Source: a virus. From it: 64,000 nt of DNA. The first letter of the stretch is position 1, and each line of letters opens with the position of its first letter. Location: positions 30,994 through 94,993 of the IMG/VR virus record IMGVR_UViG_3300037851_000222; one strand, written 5' to 3'. Under the pieces are notes generated by a model. The model was not told where the DNA came from. It did not search any database and worked only from the letters and a program-made list of their open reading frames with translations. Made by a program: the position numbers and the translations under genes. Positions 1-9,717 of this stretch are shown in pieces.

Positions 1-3000
1 GCCGACTTGGACGATCTTGCTGCGGCGACCGCCTTGGGTGATGAAAAGGTTTTCGACGAGGACGTTGCCTTCTGCAAAATAGCCGGCCCAGTTCACCGCG
101 TTACCTTCGGCGCTTCCGTGTATAGCGCAGCCATAGCTGGTCGGGTTGCCATAGACTTTCGCATGAACAGCAGTGGCGTTTCCGCCTACGGATTCATCGA
201 CATACATGGTGGTGTCGATGCCGAATGCGGTGCGGCTGTGGTCGCTGCTGCTCGCGTCGTAAGTCACATGATTCTTTATCCCGAAAACGGTACCGATTGT
301 CGGCGTATTAGATTCTACGGACGTATTGACAAACAGTCCCGTGTTGCCGTATCCGTTGATGTTTGACACTACGAAGGCGTGTTGATCCTCAGCACTGTTC
401 TTATAAACCTCCGTAGCTATGCCGATATTGATGTACGGCGACGATCCGTAGGTTCCGTACTCGAAGTTGGGTATGCCGCCGAACGCGCCTGCGTTATTGA
501 ACTGGATCTGCTGGTTGCTGCCACCAGGAGTACCGCCTCCACCGCCAACAGCAGAGGCACCAAAGTAAAGTTTGTTGGCGTCCCCGCTGTTGACCCAGAG
601 CGTAGCCGCATTGCCAGGATTGGCGGCGAGAGGGTTCATCTGCAAGCCAGCACCCTTGACGAGGCCGGAGAGCGTGACAGAGAACTTCTCACTGCTGTTG
701 TGGCTATACGCTGCGAAGACCGATGAAGCGTTGGGAGTGTTGACCGTCATGTTGATCTGGTGCCCGACAGCGGTTGCGCTGTCGGCCCAGTAGGACGACA
801 TTATCAGTTGCGGGTTTCCAGATGTCAGGCCGAACGCCGTGCTGAACGACAGGCGCCCGTCTTGATAGCCGTAAAGCCTGGTGCTGCCGTTATACCCGAT
901 GTCGAAGAGGTCATTGCCGCTGCCGTTGGCGATGTCCACGACCAGAGTGCCGGCTTGGTACGTCCACCCGTCACTGTCCACTGCGAACACTTGCGCGGAG
1001 TTGGCATTGACCATCAGCATGTTCTTGGCGCTGACGATCCCCGTCTCGTAGATTTCCGTGTTCGACGGCAGCTTGAATCGGTTGACGGTGGTTTCGTACC
1101 AGAGGGTCGAGGCAGCGAGCGCACCGCCAGGGTTAGCGCCGACAGCCGTGAAGGCCAGCCCGGTCGGGTCGATGAGCCCGGCAACGGTCAGCTTGCCCGT
1201 GACGTTGGCGTCGCCTACGACGCGGAACTCACCTGCGCGGCCCGTGCCCCCAGCGCCGGCTGCGCCTGGAGTAAGGACGATGTCGCCACCGCGAGGGTTG
1301 TTGCTGATGTGGTTACCGCCGCTCTCGGCCGTGAAGTAGGTGTCTTTGCCAGCGGTGTCGGCGGCGGCAGTGAGGGTCAGAGCCGAACCGACGCGGGCGG
1401 TGAGGGCTGCCCCGACTTGCGTCGCGCCGCTGCCAACGATGCGCGTAGAAGCCGATCCGATGACCAACGTCGAGGCACCGACCATGCTGGTGCCTAACTG
1501 GAGGATGCCGGTCTGGTTCACGTAGCCGCCGACATTGAAACTGAAGGTTCCGTCGTTGCCTGTCAGGTAGAGCCGTCTGTCTGCGACGGACGACTGCGCG
1601 AGGACGATGCCACCCGCCGACCCTGCACCGTTGAGGCCACCACGATCAATATGGACGCCAGCATCGCTGGCGTTGTTCGTACCTGCCGAGACGTGGAACG
1701 ATGTCGAGTTGGTGATGGTCGAGGCGATATGGGACGTGCCAGCCACGCCGATGCCACCGTTCACCCGCAGGGCGCCTGTGGCCGTATTGGTAGCCGCCGA
1801 GCTGTCAGAGACTTGAACGACGCCGAGATCGAAGAATCCAGCGTAGTTCGCTAGACCGCCGCTGGCGGAGCCATAGATACCGCACGCTATAAGCGAGGAG
1901 GCCGCGCCCGTCGCCGTGAAGCTGCCGCCGTAGACCGTGGCGGCGTTGGACCCTCCGGTAGCTCCGGCCGAAGCGAGGACGCCATAGCTGATCTTGCCAG
2001 CCGTAGTCGTGGCGGTCGAGGCGATGGCCTTGACGCCGATGGCACTGGAGGCTCCGACCCCGCCTCCGTTGGTGACTTGGGCGAGGCCGTCCACGCCGAC
2101 GCAGGTGCCGTCGCCCCCCGTCGCACGAACATGGCCATGGACACCGATGTTCGTGCCGCCATTCGCTGTCCGTTCCCCACGTCCGTAGAGGGTGGCGACA
2201 TTACCGTTCAGGCCATCTGTACGATAACCTGCGACTGTCACACCGTTAGTTGCGTTGGAGTTCGTGACGGCGATGGTCGAAGCCAACCCGAGATTCGTGT
2301 AGCCGGTGACATAGAGGTTCTCATTCAGGCCAACACCGCCAGCCACGCGCAGCGCGCCGGTTGTTGAACTGTTCGCAGTGGTGGTCATCGGCACGGAGAC
2401 CGCGATGTGCGCGCCGTTCGCACCGAGGGTGATGATGCCGGCCACGGTGCTGCTCGCGCTTCGCCCGATGGCGACGGCATCGATCGCAGTTGCAGAAGCG
2501 CCACGCCCGAGGGCGACGGTATCGATCGCAGTTGCAGAAGTGCCACGTCCGAGGGCGATGGCGTCACTCGCCGCGGCGGAGGCACTGGCACCGATGACCA
2601 CGGCTCCGTTATTGGCATTGCCCACATAGGCGTTGGCACCGATCACCACCACATCATCCGAGTCCCCGGTGGACTTGGCGTTGTAGCCGATGAACACGTT
2701 GCGAGCCGACGTGGCGTCAAGGGCTCCTGCCAAGTCACCGATGATGACGGTCTGCGTGACGGGGGCACTAGTCGAGGCGCCGATGATGGTATTCGCGGAG
2801 GCGTCAGCCGTGCCACCGCGCACCACCAAGGCCCCAGCGATGCCGACACCGCCGGCAACGCGGAGGGCGCCAGTGAGCGAGTCCGTTGACGCTTCCGTGC
2901 CGGGGATCTGCACGCGCTCGTTGCTGCGACCGAGCATAATCTGGTTGGCAGCGGTGCAGGTGGCACCCGAACCGATGGCGCATCCATAGGAGAATGCGGC

Positions 3001-3705
3001 AGCCGTGGCCGACTTGCCGAGAGCCGTACCGTTGCTGCCGGTGGCGACCGCTGCGTGTCCGATAACAACGCTATTCGGCCCGCCGTTAGCGGTTCGACCG
3101 ATGATGACTGCGCTGGCACCGGTACCATCGGGTCGACCGATCACGATGGAATCGTTGCACGACGTAGCAGTGCCTCCGTTGACGATGACAATGGCATTGG
3201 CATGACTGCCGGCGCCGACAGACACGTTCATTCCGACGAGGACGGTGTTGTTGTAGTTTCCAGTCTTCGTCAGGCTCTTGCCGATGATGAGATTGCTGGT
3301 GCCGGAGCTTGCGCACGACGCGACGATGTCTCGCCCGATCAGGACACCGCCCATTCCGGCCACCGAATCGGACCAAGTGTTGTTCTGCCCGATGTTCAGA
3401 CCCACGCGGGCGGCGTCGGCTTCCAGCTTGATGGCTTCCGTGCCCGCGCCCGCCGCCACGGTGAGCAGGCGGGGGTAGACCAGTTCGGCCGAGGCGTCGA
3501 TGGTGCGGAGGGTGGTGCCGCTGACAACCTCCCCCACGCTGGGAGTGCCGCCACGGGTGAAGAACCAGCCGATGCGTGAGGCGTCGGTATGAGCCGCCGG
3601 GTTGGGATCACCGGCCGCCAGAGGGGCCGCCATGGCGAGGTCGGCATTGCTGCCGAGCGCGCCCAAGCGCAGACCGTTTTTGGCGAGGAAGGATTGTGCG
3701 CTCAT
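1..3705 (-). CDS. Large spike/fibre receptor-binding protein (partial, runs off left edge)
   Basis: ATG at 3705 (MSAQSFLAKNGLRLG). Absent from the ORF track, consistent with no stop before base 1; the plus-strand frame-1 ORFs are its antisense shadow. YadA-head-like repeats (ATAIDAVAIG/ALG) and repeated TGALRVxGGVG motifs typical of phage fibres. Confidence 0.8.
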   Translation of the reverse strand, partial: MSAQSFLAKNGLRLGALGSNADLAMAAPLAAGDPNPAAHTDASRIGWFFTRGGTPSVGEVVSGTTLRTIDASAELVYPRLLTVAAGAGTEAIKLEADAARVGLNIGQNNTWSDSVAGMGGVLIGRDIVASCASSGTSNLIIGKSLTKTGNYNNTVLVGMNVSVGAGSHANAIVIVNGGTATSCNDSIVIGRPDGTGASAVIIGRTANGGPNSVVIGHAAVATGSNGTALGKSATAAAFSYGCAIGSGATCTAANQIMLGRSNERVQIPGTEASTDSLTGALRVAGGVGIAGALVVRGGTADASANTIIGASTSAPVTQTVIIGDLAGALDATSARNVFIGYNAKSTGDSDDVVVIGANAYVGNANNGAVVIGASASAAASDAIALGRGTSATAIDTVALGRGASATAIDAVAIGRSASSTVAGIITLGANGAHIAVSVPMTTTANSSTTGALRVAGGVGLNENLYVTGYTNLGLASTIAVTNSNATNGVTVAGYRTDGLNGNVATLYGRGERTANGGTNIGVHGHVRATGGDGTCVGVDGLAQVTNGGGVGASSAIGVKAIASTATTTAGKISYGVLASAGATGGSNAATVYGGSFTATGAASSLIACGIYGSASGGLANYAGFFDLGVVQVSDSSAATNTATGALRVNGGIGVAGTSHIASTITNSTSFHVSAGTNNASDAGVHIDRGGLNGAGSAGGIVLAQSSVADRRLYLTGNDGTFSFNVGGYVNQTGILQLGTSMVGASTLVIGSASTRIVGSGATQVGAALTARVGSALTLTAAADTAGKDTYFTAESGGNHISNNPRGGDIVLTPGAAGAGGTGRAGEFRVVGDANVTGKLTVAGLIDPTGLAFTAVGANPGGALAASTLWYETTVNRFKLPSNTEIYETGIVSAKNMLMVNANSAQVFAVDSDGWTYQAGTLVVDIANGSGNDLFDIGYNGSTRLYGYQDGRLSFSTAFGLTSGNPQLIMSSYWADSATAVGHQINMTVNTPNASSVFAAYSHNSSEKFSVTLSGLVKGAGLQMNPLAANPGNAATLWVNSGDANKLYFGASAVGGGGGTPGGSNQQIQFNNAGAFGGIPNFEYGTYGSSPYINIGIATEVYKNSAEDQHAFVVSNINGYGNTGLFVNTSVESNTPTIGTVFGIKNHVTYDASSSDHSRTAFGIDTTMYVDESVGGNATAVHAKVYGNPTSYGCAIHGSAEGNAVNWAGYFAEGNVLVENLFITQGGRRSKIVQVG

Positions 3706-3731
3706 GGCTTTTCACCCGTGGAGGCAGAGGT

Positions 3732-4445
3732 TCACAGGCTGAACTCTTTGATCAGCTTGACAGTATGCTTGTTGACTGGCAGGAGACCGCTCTTGAGCCA
3801 CGTCTTCAGTGCCTTGGTCACGATGTCGGCGTTGCTGCGGGTCAGGGTGACGGTGGACTCGGCACCAGTGATGGGCGCAATGCGCTTGTCATAGGCGTCC
3901 TGCGACTCGCCGGCCTCAGGCTCCGGCACATGGTTGATCCCGTCCGGCAGGCACTCGACAATGGATTGCGAGCGGAGGAGGGCAATGGCCTTGTCGCTCT
4001 CGTCCTTGTACCAGCAGAACGCCGTTCGTCGATCCACGATCACCATGGCGGTCAGTGCCTGCTTGATCAGTGCCACACCCCCGACCGTCAGCGAGAAGTC
4101 GATGAGCTTTTCTTCCTTGTTCTCGACCTTGGAGTTGAGGAAGAGGCTCACCAGCCGTGCGGAGTGAGGCGAGGGATTGAGGCGCGCATTGTCGACCATC
4201 ATGGTCAGCGCAGCCTCGACGGCATCGGTCTCGGCCTCGGTCAAGGTCAAGTCGACCTCGATGTCTTGCTCGTTGCCCTTCGCCTGCGGGTACTGCGAGA
4301 TTTGGTTTTCCTGAATCTCGTAGGCCGCGACCATCAGGGCGCTGGCCTTGGGATGCTCCTTGTAGGCATCGGGCGAAGCGAGGGGGCCACGGAGGATGTC
4401 CAGGCACGCTCGGGTGAGGTGGTACTTCGTCGGTTCGGTCGCCAT
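3732..4445 (-). CDS. Hypothetical protein with internal xLT...AL repeats (possible fibre chaperone)
   Basis: Start MATEPTK after GAAAGGGA RBS; four similar strand-helix units. Confidence 0.55.
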   Translation of the reverse strand: MATEPTKYHLTRACLDILRGPLASPDAYKEHPKASALMVAAYEIQENQISQYPQAKGNEQDIEVDLTLTEAETDAVEAALTMMVDNARLNPSPHSARLVSLFLNSKVENKEEKLIDFSLTVGGVALIKQALTAMVIVDRRTAFCWYKDESDKAIALLRSQSIVECLPDGINHVPEPEAGESQDAYDKRIAPITGAESTVTLTRSNADIVTKALKTWLKSGLLPVNKHTVKLIKEFSL

Positions 4446-4492
4446 GATTTCCCTTTCCATCATAGCGGTGGTGGTGCCTAACGCGACGTGCG

Positions 4493-5629
4493 TCAGGTAC
4501 GGAGAGTCGAGATGCTGCGGATCCGCGCCACCCAGCCCAAGCTGGCCGCCGTGGCGGTCAGGCGCAGGTCGGCTCCTGAGATGTCCACGTCGAGCGTGCA
4601 ATCCACGGTACCTGGGGTCAGGACGACATCGGTCTCCAAGTGATATGGCAGCACCCCATCGTGGCTGGCCCGGATGGTAGCCGAGTAGCGGACGGTGCCC
4701 TTGGTCAGGGTCACGTCCCACAGGACTGACTCAGCCGCAGCCAGCGGCACGGTGGCGATGGCGGTGGTGCCCACGGCCAAGGCGCCGCTGGTGGTCTGCC
4801 CAACCGTGCCGGCGCCGAGTTCTTGAAGCGCGCCCTCGACGTTGGACGAGGTGTAGTAGCCCCCGGCGTCAACGATGGCGACTTCGGCCGCCGTATTGGT
4901 GGCGTCGCTGATCTTGGTGTAGTCCGCAGTGTTGCCGGTGATGGCGTTGATGCGGTAGGTACCGTCTTCCGCGCCTCCGGCCGAGCCGTAGATGATGACG
5001 ACCTGTCCGATGATCTGACCGTCTGCCGCTTGGGCCGCCGCCGCGTTGGCCAGCGAGGTGTAGACCAGCGTCGGTGTCCAGACCAGTTCGTTGGTGGTGA
5101 TGTCGTAGAGTAGCTGCGCGCCAGCCGTGGCCGCGGGGGCGGCGATGGGCACGCCGTATAGGCCGACCACGTCGGGGTTTGGGTAGAACCCCGTCAGGTC
5201 GCCGCCGGCCGGGCCGATGACGGCGCCGCCACCGGCGCCCCAGTTGGTGGAGCCGTCCGCGGCGTTCTCATTGTAGACGACATAGACGATGTATGTCGTT
5301 GATTGGCGCTCTTGCGAGAGGTAGCCACCGCGCACTGGCCCGAACCAATAGCCTGGGTTTGCCGCGATGTAGGCCGTCACCGCATTGACCGACTCAATCA
5401 AGGTCCGACCTGTGAAGACCTTGAGTTTGTAGGGGTTGGTGATCGGGGTGCCGCTATCGTTGTAGCGGGTGATGAATTGAAGCTCAAAGTTTTTGGTCCG
5501 AACCCGGTCGCCCGTGACGAATCCGATGTCGATGATGGTATGGTTCAACAGGCCTGAGAAGGCGTTGTTGAAGTTGGTCTCCATGGCTGTCGGAGTTTCG
5601 CCAAAGATACCCAGGACGAAGTCAGCCAT
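4493..5629 (-). CDS. Virion fibre/decoration-like protein
   Basis: GPAGGDLTGFYPNP and SSNVEGALQELG motifs seen in phage fibre proteins; N-terminal domain resembles those of the 9079, 9718 and 11763 ORFs. Confidence 0.65.
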   Translation of the reverse strand: MADFVLGIFGETPTAMETNFNNAFSGLLNHTIIDIGFVTGDRVRTKNFELQFITRYNDSGTPITNPYKLKVFTGRTLIESVNAVTAYIAANPGYWFGPVRGGYLSQERQSTTYIVYVVYNENAADGSTNWGAGGGAVIGPAGGDLTGFYPNPDVVGLYGVPIAAPAATAGAQLLYDITTNELVWTPTLVYTSLANAAAAQAADGQIIGQVVIIYGSAGGAEDGTYRINAITGNTADYTKISDATNTAAEVAIVDAGGYYTSSNVEGALQELGAGTVGQTTSGALAVGTTAIATVPLAAAESVLWDVTLTKGTVRYSATIRASHDGVLPYHLETDVVLTPGTVDCTLDVDISGADLRLTATAASLGWVARIRSISTLRT

Positions 5630-6206
5630 GGGGAGCCTCGCTTCCGCTTACCTTACCCGAGCTTCGTATAAACGCCAGCGGCAGCTCATCCTTCCCGAAG
5701 GTGAACAGGCAGGGCAGGTACTTCTCAGTTAGCCGCTTGGTGTTCTGCGGTGGTTTGCGTGCAGTCCTGGGGCGTCCGATGCCGGCGTAGCCGATGGTCC
5801 CGTAGAGCGGCTTGGGCAGGTGCTCGCGCCACGGGCAGCACCCGCCCACATGCTTCTGCACGACTTCAATCAGGGGTCGGAACTTGGCGGGGTCAGCGGT
5901 GGCTGCTTGGAGGATTCCGCCGGCTTTCAGGAACCGAACCCATGGTTCGGGGTTCTGCTCGGGGGATAAAACCAGCACGTCGACTACCGGGAGGACTTCG
6001 ACCACCTGATGCTTGCGGTTCAACGGCGTGACCTTCTCCGTGGTGTAGACCGCGGTCAGGTCTGGCCATCGGGACACTTCGGCCACTACAGCCGCGGCCA
6101 TGCCCCCTACGGCCCCCACGGTGAACCCCTCCTTGCGCAGGGGGACGTAGAGCACCGGCAGGAGCGCGACGGCTTCAATCAACCGGTGCGGGAGCACGTC
6201 GGTCAT
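5622..6206 (-). CDS. Degenerate spermidine-synthase-like/SAM-methyltransferase-fold protein
   Basis: Start MTDVLPH, coupled to the upstream stop; VGAVGG, FLKAGGIL and C-terminal TEKYLPCLF resemble SpeE motifs, but the protein is short (194 aa). Confidence 0.4.
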   Translation of the reverse strand: MTDVLPHRLIEAVALLPVLYVPLRKEGFTVGAVGGMAAAVVAEVSRWPDLTAVYTTEKVTPLNRKHQVVEVLPVVDVLVLSPEQNPEPWVRFLKAGGILQAATADPAKFRPLIEVVQKHVGGCCPWREHLPKPLYGTIGYAGIGRPRTARKPPQNTKRLTEKYLPCLFTFGKDELPLAFIRSSGKVSGSEAPHG

Positions 6207-7558
6207 GGAGCGGCTTTCTTCCCCTTCTTGCGCGACATGAGGACCACCGCTCCCAGCCCCAGGGCGGCAGCCACGGACATGGCGGCGATGCTCACCCCGC
6301 CGAAGAACCCTTTGGGAGCCGAGGGCAGGTTGGCCGTCAGTTTGGCGGCTTCGGCCAAGCACTGCTGGTACTCGGCCTCAGTGATCTCCTTGGCGTCGAG
6401 CCGGCGTTTGCAGGAGGCCCGCATGTCGAGGATCATCTTGTTGATGGTCCCGCTGACCTCCTCGTAGACCGCGGCCGAGGCGGATTCCGCCTCCGTCATG
6501 CGGGCGAGCATCCACGCCAGGATGGCTAAGCAGACCACCGTGACGCCGCCGATGACGGCGAACTGCACGGCCCCCCAGACCCCCAGCGCGGCTTGGCCAT
6601 GGGCCTCACCCTGCGGCCACATGCCGAGCGGGTTCAGTCGGCTGTACCCCGCGTTGTCGGTGTCCACGAAGGTCTTTTCAGCCTCCTGCACCCGGGCAAC
6701 CTGCGCGGCCGTCACGGCCGGCTTCATGGTCGGATTGCGCAGCACCTCGTTCATCTTGCGGATGTTCTCTCGGGTGCGCTCACGACTCGCGGCGTATTCT
6801 GCGAACTTGGCGGTGATCTGGTCGAGCAGCACCTTGCCCGAGGCGAAGTCCAGGGTGGTCTTGAGGACACCCAGGGCGGCGAGCTTGGAGTCCATCGCCG
6901 TCGTCTGCGCTGCCCAAGTCTGGAGACTGGACGAGGCCCAGCGGCGGACGATGTCGTTCCAACCTGACTGCTTGAGGAACAAAGCCCAGCCGCCGCCGGC
7001 CAGGGGGTCCGAAGGAGAGAATGCGGGAGGTGTGTCCCAGATGGGGAACTTCCGGTCCCCTCGGTTGTCCTTCAGGAGCCCCTGGACGGCGACGGCGAGG
7101 TAGTTGAAGTTGAGCGTGCCGGCGATGATCTGCTTGATCACCCACTCCAACACGTTGCTGGTGACATCGTACCACTGGCGGTCGGTCAGGCCGCTGCCCG
7201 AGGCGAACAGGACGGCCTGCGCCGCTTCCTTCGGGTTGGATAGCCAGGTGGAACCACCCTGCGCCGCGGTCCACACCGCGTTGCTCAGTTGATCCCCGTA
7301 GGACATGACGTAGTAACACCAAGCCCAGTACCCGTTCGGCCCGGACTGCGCCCAGTTCTGGAAGGCGGTCCACCGGGCCTGCTGGTCCGGCGCGAGCCGC
7401 CCGGCCATGCCCATCTTGACGACGCTGGCTGCCGTGCCGAACAGTTGGGCCAGTGTGTGCCCGCTGGCCGAGAAGCTGGGAGTGGCCTTGTAGATGATGT
7501 GGTTAAGCAGGGCTTCGCGGATGGCGAACTCGGACCCCCGCTGGAAGGTGTCACTCAC
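6203..7558 (-). CDS. Helical membrane protein with two C-terminal TM segments
   Basis: GTG start in a GTGA overlap; hydrophobic segments followed by a RKKGKK tail. Confidence 0.65.
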   Translation of the reverse strand: MSDTFQRGSEFAIREALLNHIIYKATPSFSASGHTLAQLFGTAASVVKMGMAGRLAPDQQARWTAFQNWAQSGPNGYWAWCYYVMSYGDQLSNAVWTAAQGGSTWLSNPKEAAQAVLFASGSGLTDRQWYDVTSNVLEWVIKQIIAGTLNFNYLAVAVQGLLKDNRGDRKFPIWDTPPAFSPSDPLAGGGWALFLKQSGWNDIVRRWASSSLQTWAAQTTAMDSKLAALGVLKTTLDFASGKVLLDQITAKFAEYAASRERTRENIRKMNEVLRNPTMKPAVTAAQVARVQEAEKTFVDTDNAGYSRLNPLGMWPQGEAHGQAALGVWGAVQFAVIGGVTVVCLAILAWMLARMTEAESASAAVYEEVSGTINKMILDMRASCKRRLDAKEITEAEYQQCLAEAAKLTANLPSAPKGFFGGVSIAAMSVAAALGLGAVVLMSRKKGKKAAP

Positions 7559-7989
7559 GACTTGGCCTCCAGCGCCTCTCGGCTGTTCTTCCACTCGCGG
7601 AAGATGGCCTGGAACTGCGGCGGGGCCATGTCCGTGATCTTCTTTTTGAGCGCCTGAACCTCGGGCGTCTTGGGCGCGGCCTCCAGGGCGTTGATCATTG
7701 CCCATGCCGTTGACTCAAGGGTCTCGGCCTTGGCCTTGGCCTTCTCCACGGCCGGCGGCCGGATGTGGGACAGGGCCATCTCGCCCAAGCTGTTGATCAT
7801 CGGCCCCCACACGGGGATGAACCGGGCGAACTTCAGCCCCACCGCTACGGCGGCCAGCACGCCACCTACCCACCCGGCGGTCTGCCACATGCCCGCCAGG
7901 GCGTCGTCAATGACCTCGCCGGCCCCATCGGGGTCAGTCAGCCAGTCGGTGTAGGAGGCGTCAGGGGGTACGGCTTGGGGGGACGACAT
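7555..7989 (-). CDS. Membrane protein
   Basis: One hydrophobic helix; translationally coupled. Confidence 0.6.
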   Translation of the reverse strand: MSSPQAVPPDASYTDWLTDPDGAGEVIDDALAGMWQTAGWVGGVLAAVAVGLKFARFIPVWGPMINSLGEMALSHIRPPAVEKAKAKAETLESTAWAMINALEAAPKTPEVQALKKKITDMAPPQFQAIFREWKNSREALEAKS

Positions 7990-8200
7990 ACTGGACTCCG
8001 CTTTTGTCGATGGTGTAGCCGAACGCCTTTTCGTGGGCTTCCGCGATTTTCTGGAGTTGCACGCCTATTTTTCCAGCATCAGCACCCTTTTGGAGGGCCA
8101 CGCCCATGTGCCAGATGTTGGCCATGCACTTCTGGTCGTCACGGCTGGCGCCGCAGCCGCAGAGGGTCAGGGCGGCGGCGAGGAGCAATATGCGGCGCAT
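7961..8200 (-). CDS. Putative lipoprotein
   Basis: MRRILLLAAALTLCG-C signal peptide with lipobox-like end. Confidence 0.65.
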   Translation of the reverse strand: MRRILLLAAALTLCGCGASRDDQKCMANIWHMGVALQKGADAGKIGVQLQKIAEAHEKAFGYTIDKSGVQYVVPPSRTP

Positions 8201-8202
8201 GT

Positions 8203-9066
8203 TCAGGCCTCCCGTGATCTGACAGCTTCCGGCCAGAGTGTATCCAAGGTTTTGAGGATGTCATCGGCGGGTTTCAGCAGGGTCGGGGAGAGCCCTTCTG
8301 GCAGCTTGACACCGGGACGGACGACTAACTTGAACCCCCGCAGACTGCCGAGCCTGGTCAAGACCTTACCCCATCCATCGGCTTGGAAGGCTCCACTGGC
8401 AACGATAATCCCATTACCAATGATCAAAATATGCTCAAAGGCCGCCTTCTCCAGGTTGTCTGAACCCTCGGACGGGAGGGGGGAGATCGCCAACTTGTCT
8501 TCGGGGAGCCCCCAGCCGCGAATGACCTTGAGGATCGGCAGCGTGCCGGGGTTGCTGGGGGTTAGCACCTTGACGAACCAGTGAGGGCTGTTGGCCAGGG
8601 TGTGGACCTGTTCCAGCACCGGCAGGACGCCCTCTGGCGAGGCGATGTGGTCGAGGATGAAAGCCGCCCGGCGGGGCAGCTTCATGGCATTCTGCCCCTG
8701 CTCCTTCAGCTTTTTCTTGGAGGCGCAGGTCTTGCACCCACCCGGATCAGCCGGCTTGGGGGCCACCTTTCCGCCGATCAGGTTGAGGATCCGCACATCG
8801 AGGTCGTAGCACCACATAGCAGCCCGAACGGGGCCGTACGCGGCCAGAGCCAGCCACAGCGGGGCGACCCAGGGGTTGGTCGCCACGGGCAGGGCGCAGG
8901 CCGCGCCCAGGGCGATCCAGAATAGGTTGCAGGCCTCGCAGTTGATGATCGGGACCAGCCGCAGCTTGCTCCGCAGTTCGTCGAAGACCCGCTCACGGTT
9001 GTAGATCCGGTGGATGGCGAGAACCACCAAAGGGTAGAGGGCGAGGGCGACGATTTGAGGCAGCAT
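8203..9066 (-). CDS. Membrane protein with two CxxC motifs (DUF1360-like N-terminus)
   Basis: Three hydrophobic segments; NCEACNLFW and GGCKTC. Confidence 0.55.
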   Translation of the reverse strand: MLPQIVALALYPLVVLAIHRIYNRERVFDELRSKLRLVPIINCEACNLFWIALGAACALPVATNPWVAPLWLALAAYGPVRAAMWCYDLDVRILNLIGGKVAPKPADPGGCKTCASKKKLKEQGQNAMKLPRRAAFILDHIASPEGVLPVLEQVHTLANSPHWFVKVLTPSNPGTLPILKVIRGWGLPEDKLAISPLPSEGSDNLEKAAFEHILIIGNGIIVASGAFQADGWGKVLTRLGSLRGFKLVVRPGVKLPEGLSPTLLKPADDILKTLDTLWPEAVRSREA

Positions 9067-9078
9067 GGAGGCTCCTGG

Positions 9079-9714
9079 TCAAGTGGGGTCGTCGCAGCAG
9101 GTGGGGAAGGCCCAAAGCTGCTGGGAGGTGTGGTCGGAGACGATGATCGCCATGGTCCCTAGGGACATGCTGAATGCCCCTTTGTTCACGGCGGCCACGT
9201 CCCGAAACCGTCCACTGGACGAGTATAACCGTACTGTCCCTGTCGCCCCTGACAAAATGTTGCCTTGGCTCACGCCGATTGCCGGGCGTTTTGTGTTGAA
9301 CTGCTGATCCCCCACTGCGAAAGATCCGGCCCCCGCCGCGGTCACGACCTCCGAGATGAGGATGACCGACTGGATCAGTTGCCGCACGGTCGGCGCGGTC
9401 ACATCAAACAGCATCCTGGGGAACAGGGTTGCGGCATTTGCCGCATAAAACGCCGCAACCTGCGCATCGAACGAAGTACCCGCGTTGGGGTCGAAGGCCA
9501 GCACGTCCGCTTGGTAGGTGGCGAGGCCGCCCGTGCGGTACTGGAACACCCCGGAGAAGATGATGTCGTTCGCGTTGTCTTGCAGCAGCCGCACGTCGGC
9601 GCTGATCAAGGAGATGCCGCCCAGGAGCGCGAAGAGGTTGTTGACCGCCAGGTTGAAGTTGCTGGCGCTCTGCCCGGGCTTGGTCCTGATCTGCGATGAT
9701 TGAATGAAACCCAT
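9079..9714 (-). CDS. Virion protein, minimal member of the CC-terminated paralogue family
   Basis: Shares two-domain N-terminus with the 9718 and 11763 ORFs; ends PTCCDDPT. Confidence 0.6.
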   Translation of the reverse strand: MGFIQSSQIRTKPGQSASNFNLAVNNLFALLGGISLISADVRLLQDNANDIIFSGVFQYRTGGLATYQADVLAFDPNAGTSFDAQVAAFYAANAATLFPRMLFDVTAPTVRQLIQSVILISEVVTAAGAGSFAVGDQQFNTKRPAIGVSQGNILSGATGTVRLYSSSGRFRDVAAVNKGAFSMSLGTMAIIVSDHTSQQLWAFPTCCDDPT

Positions 9715-9717
9715 GGG

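Noticed and set aside
7-3579. Many plus-strand ORFs in the first 3.6 kb
   Set aside because: Antisense shadows of the long minus-strand fibre gene.
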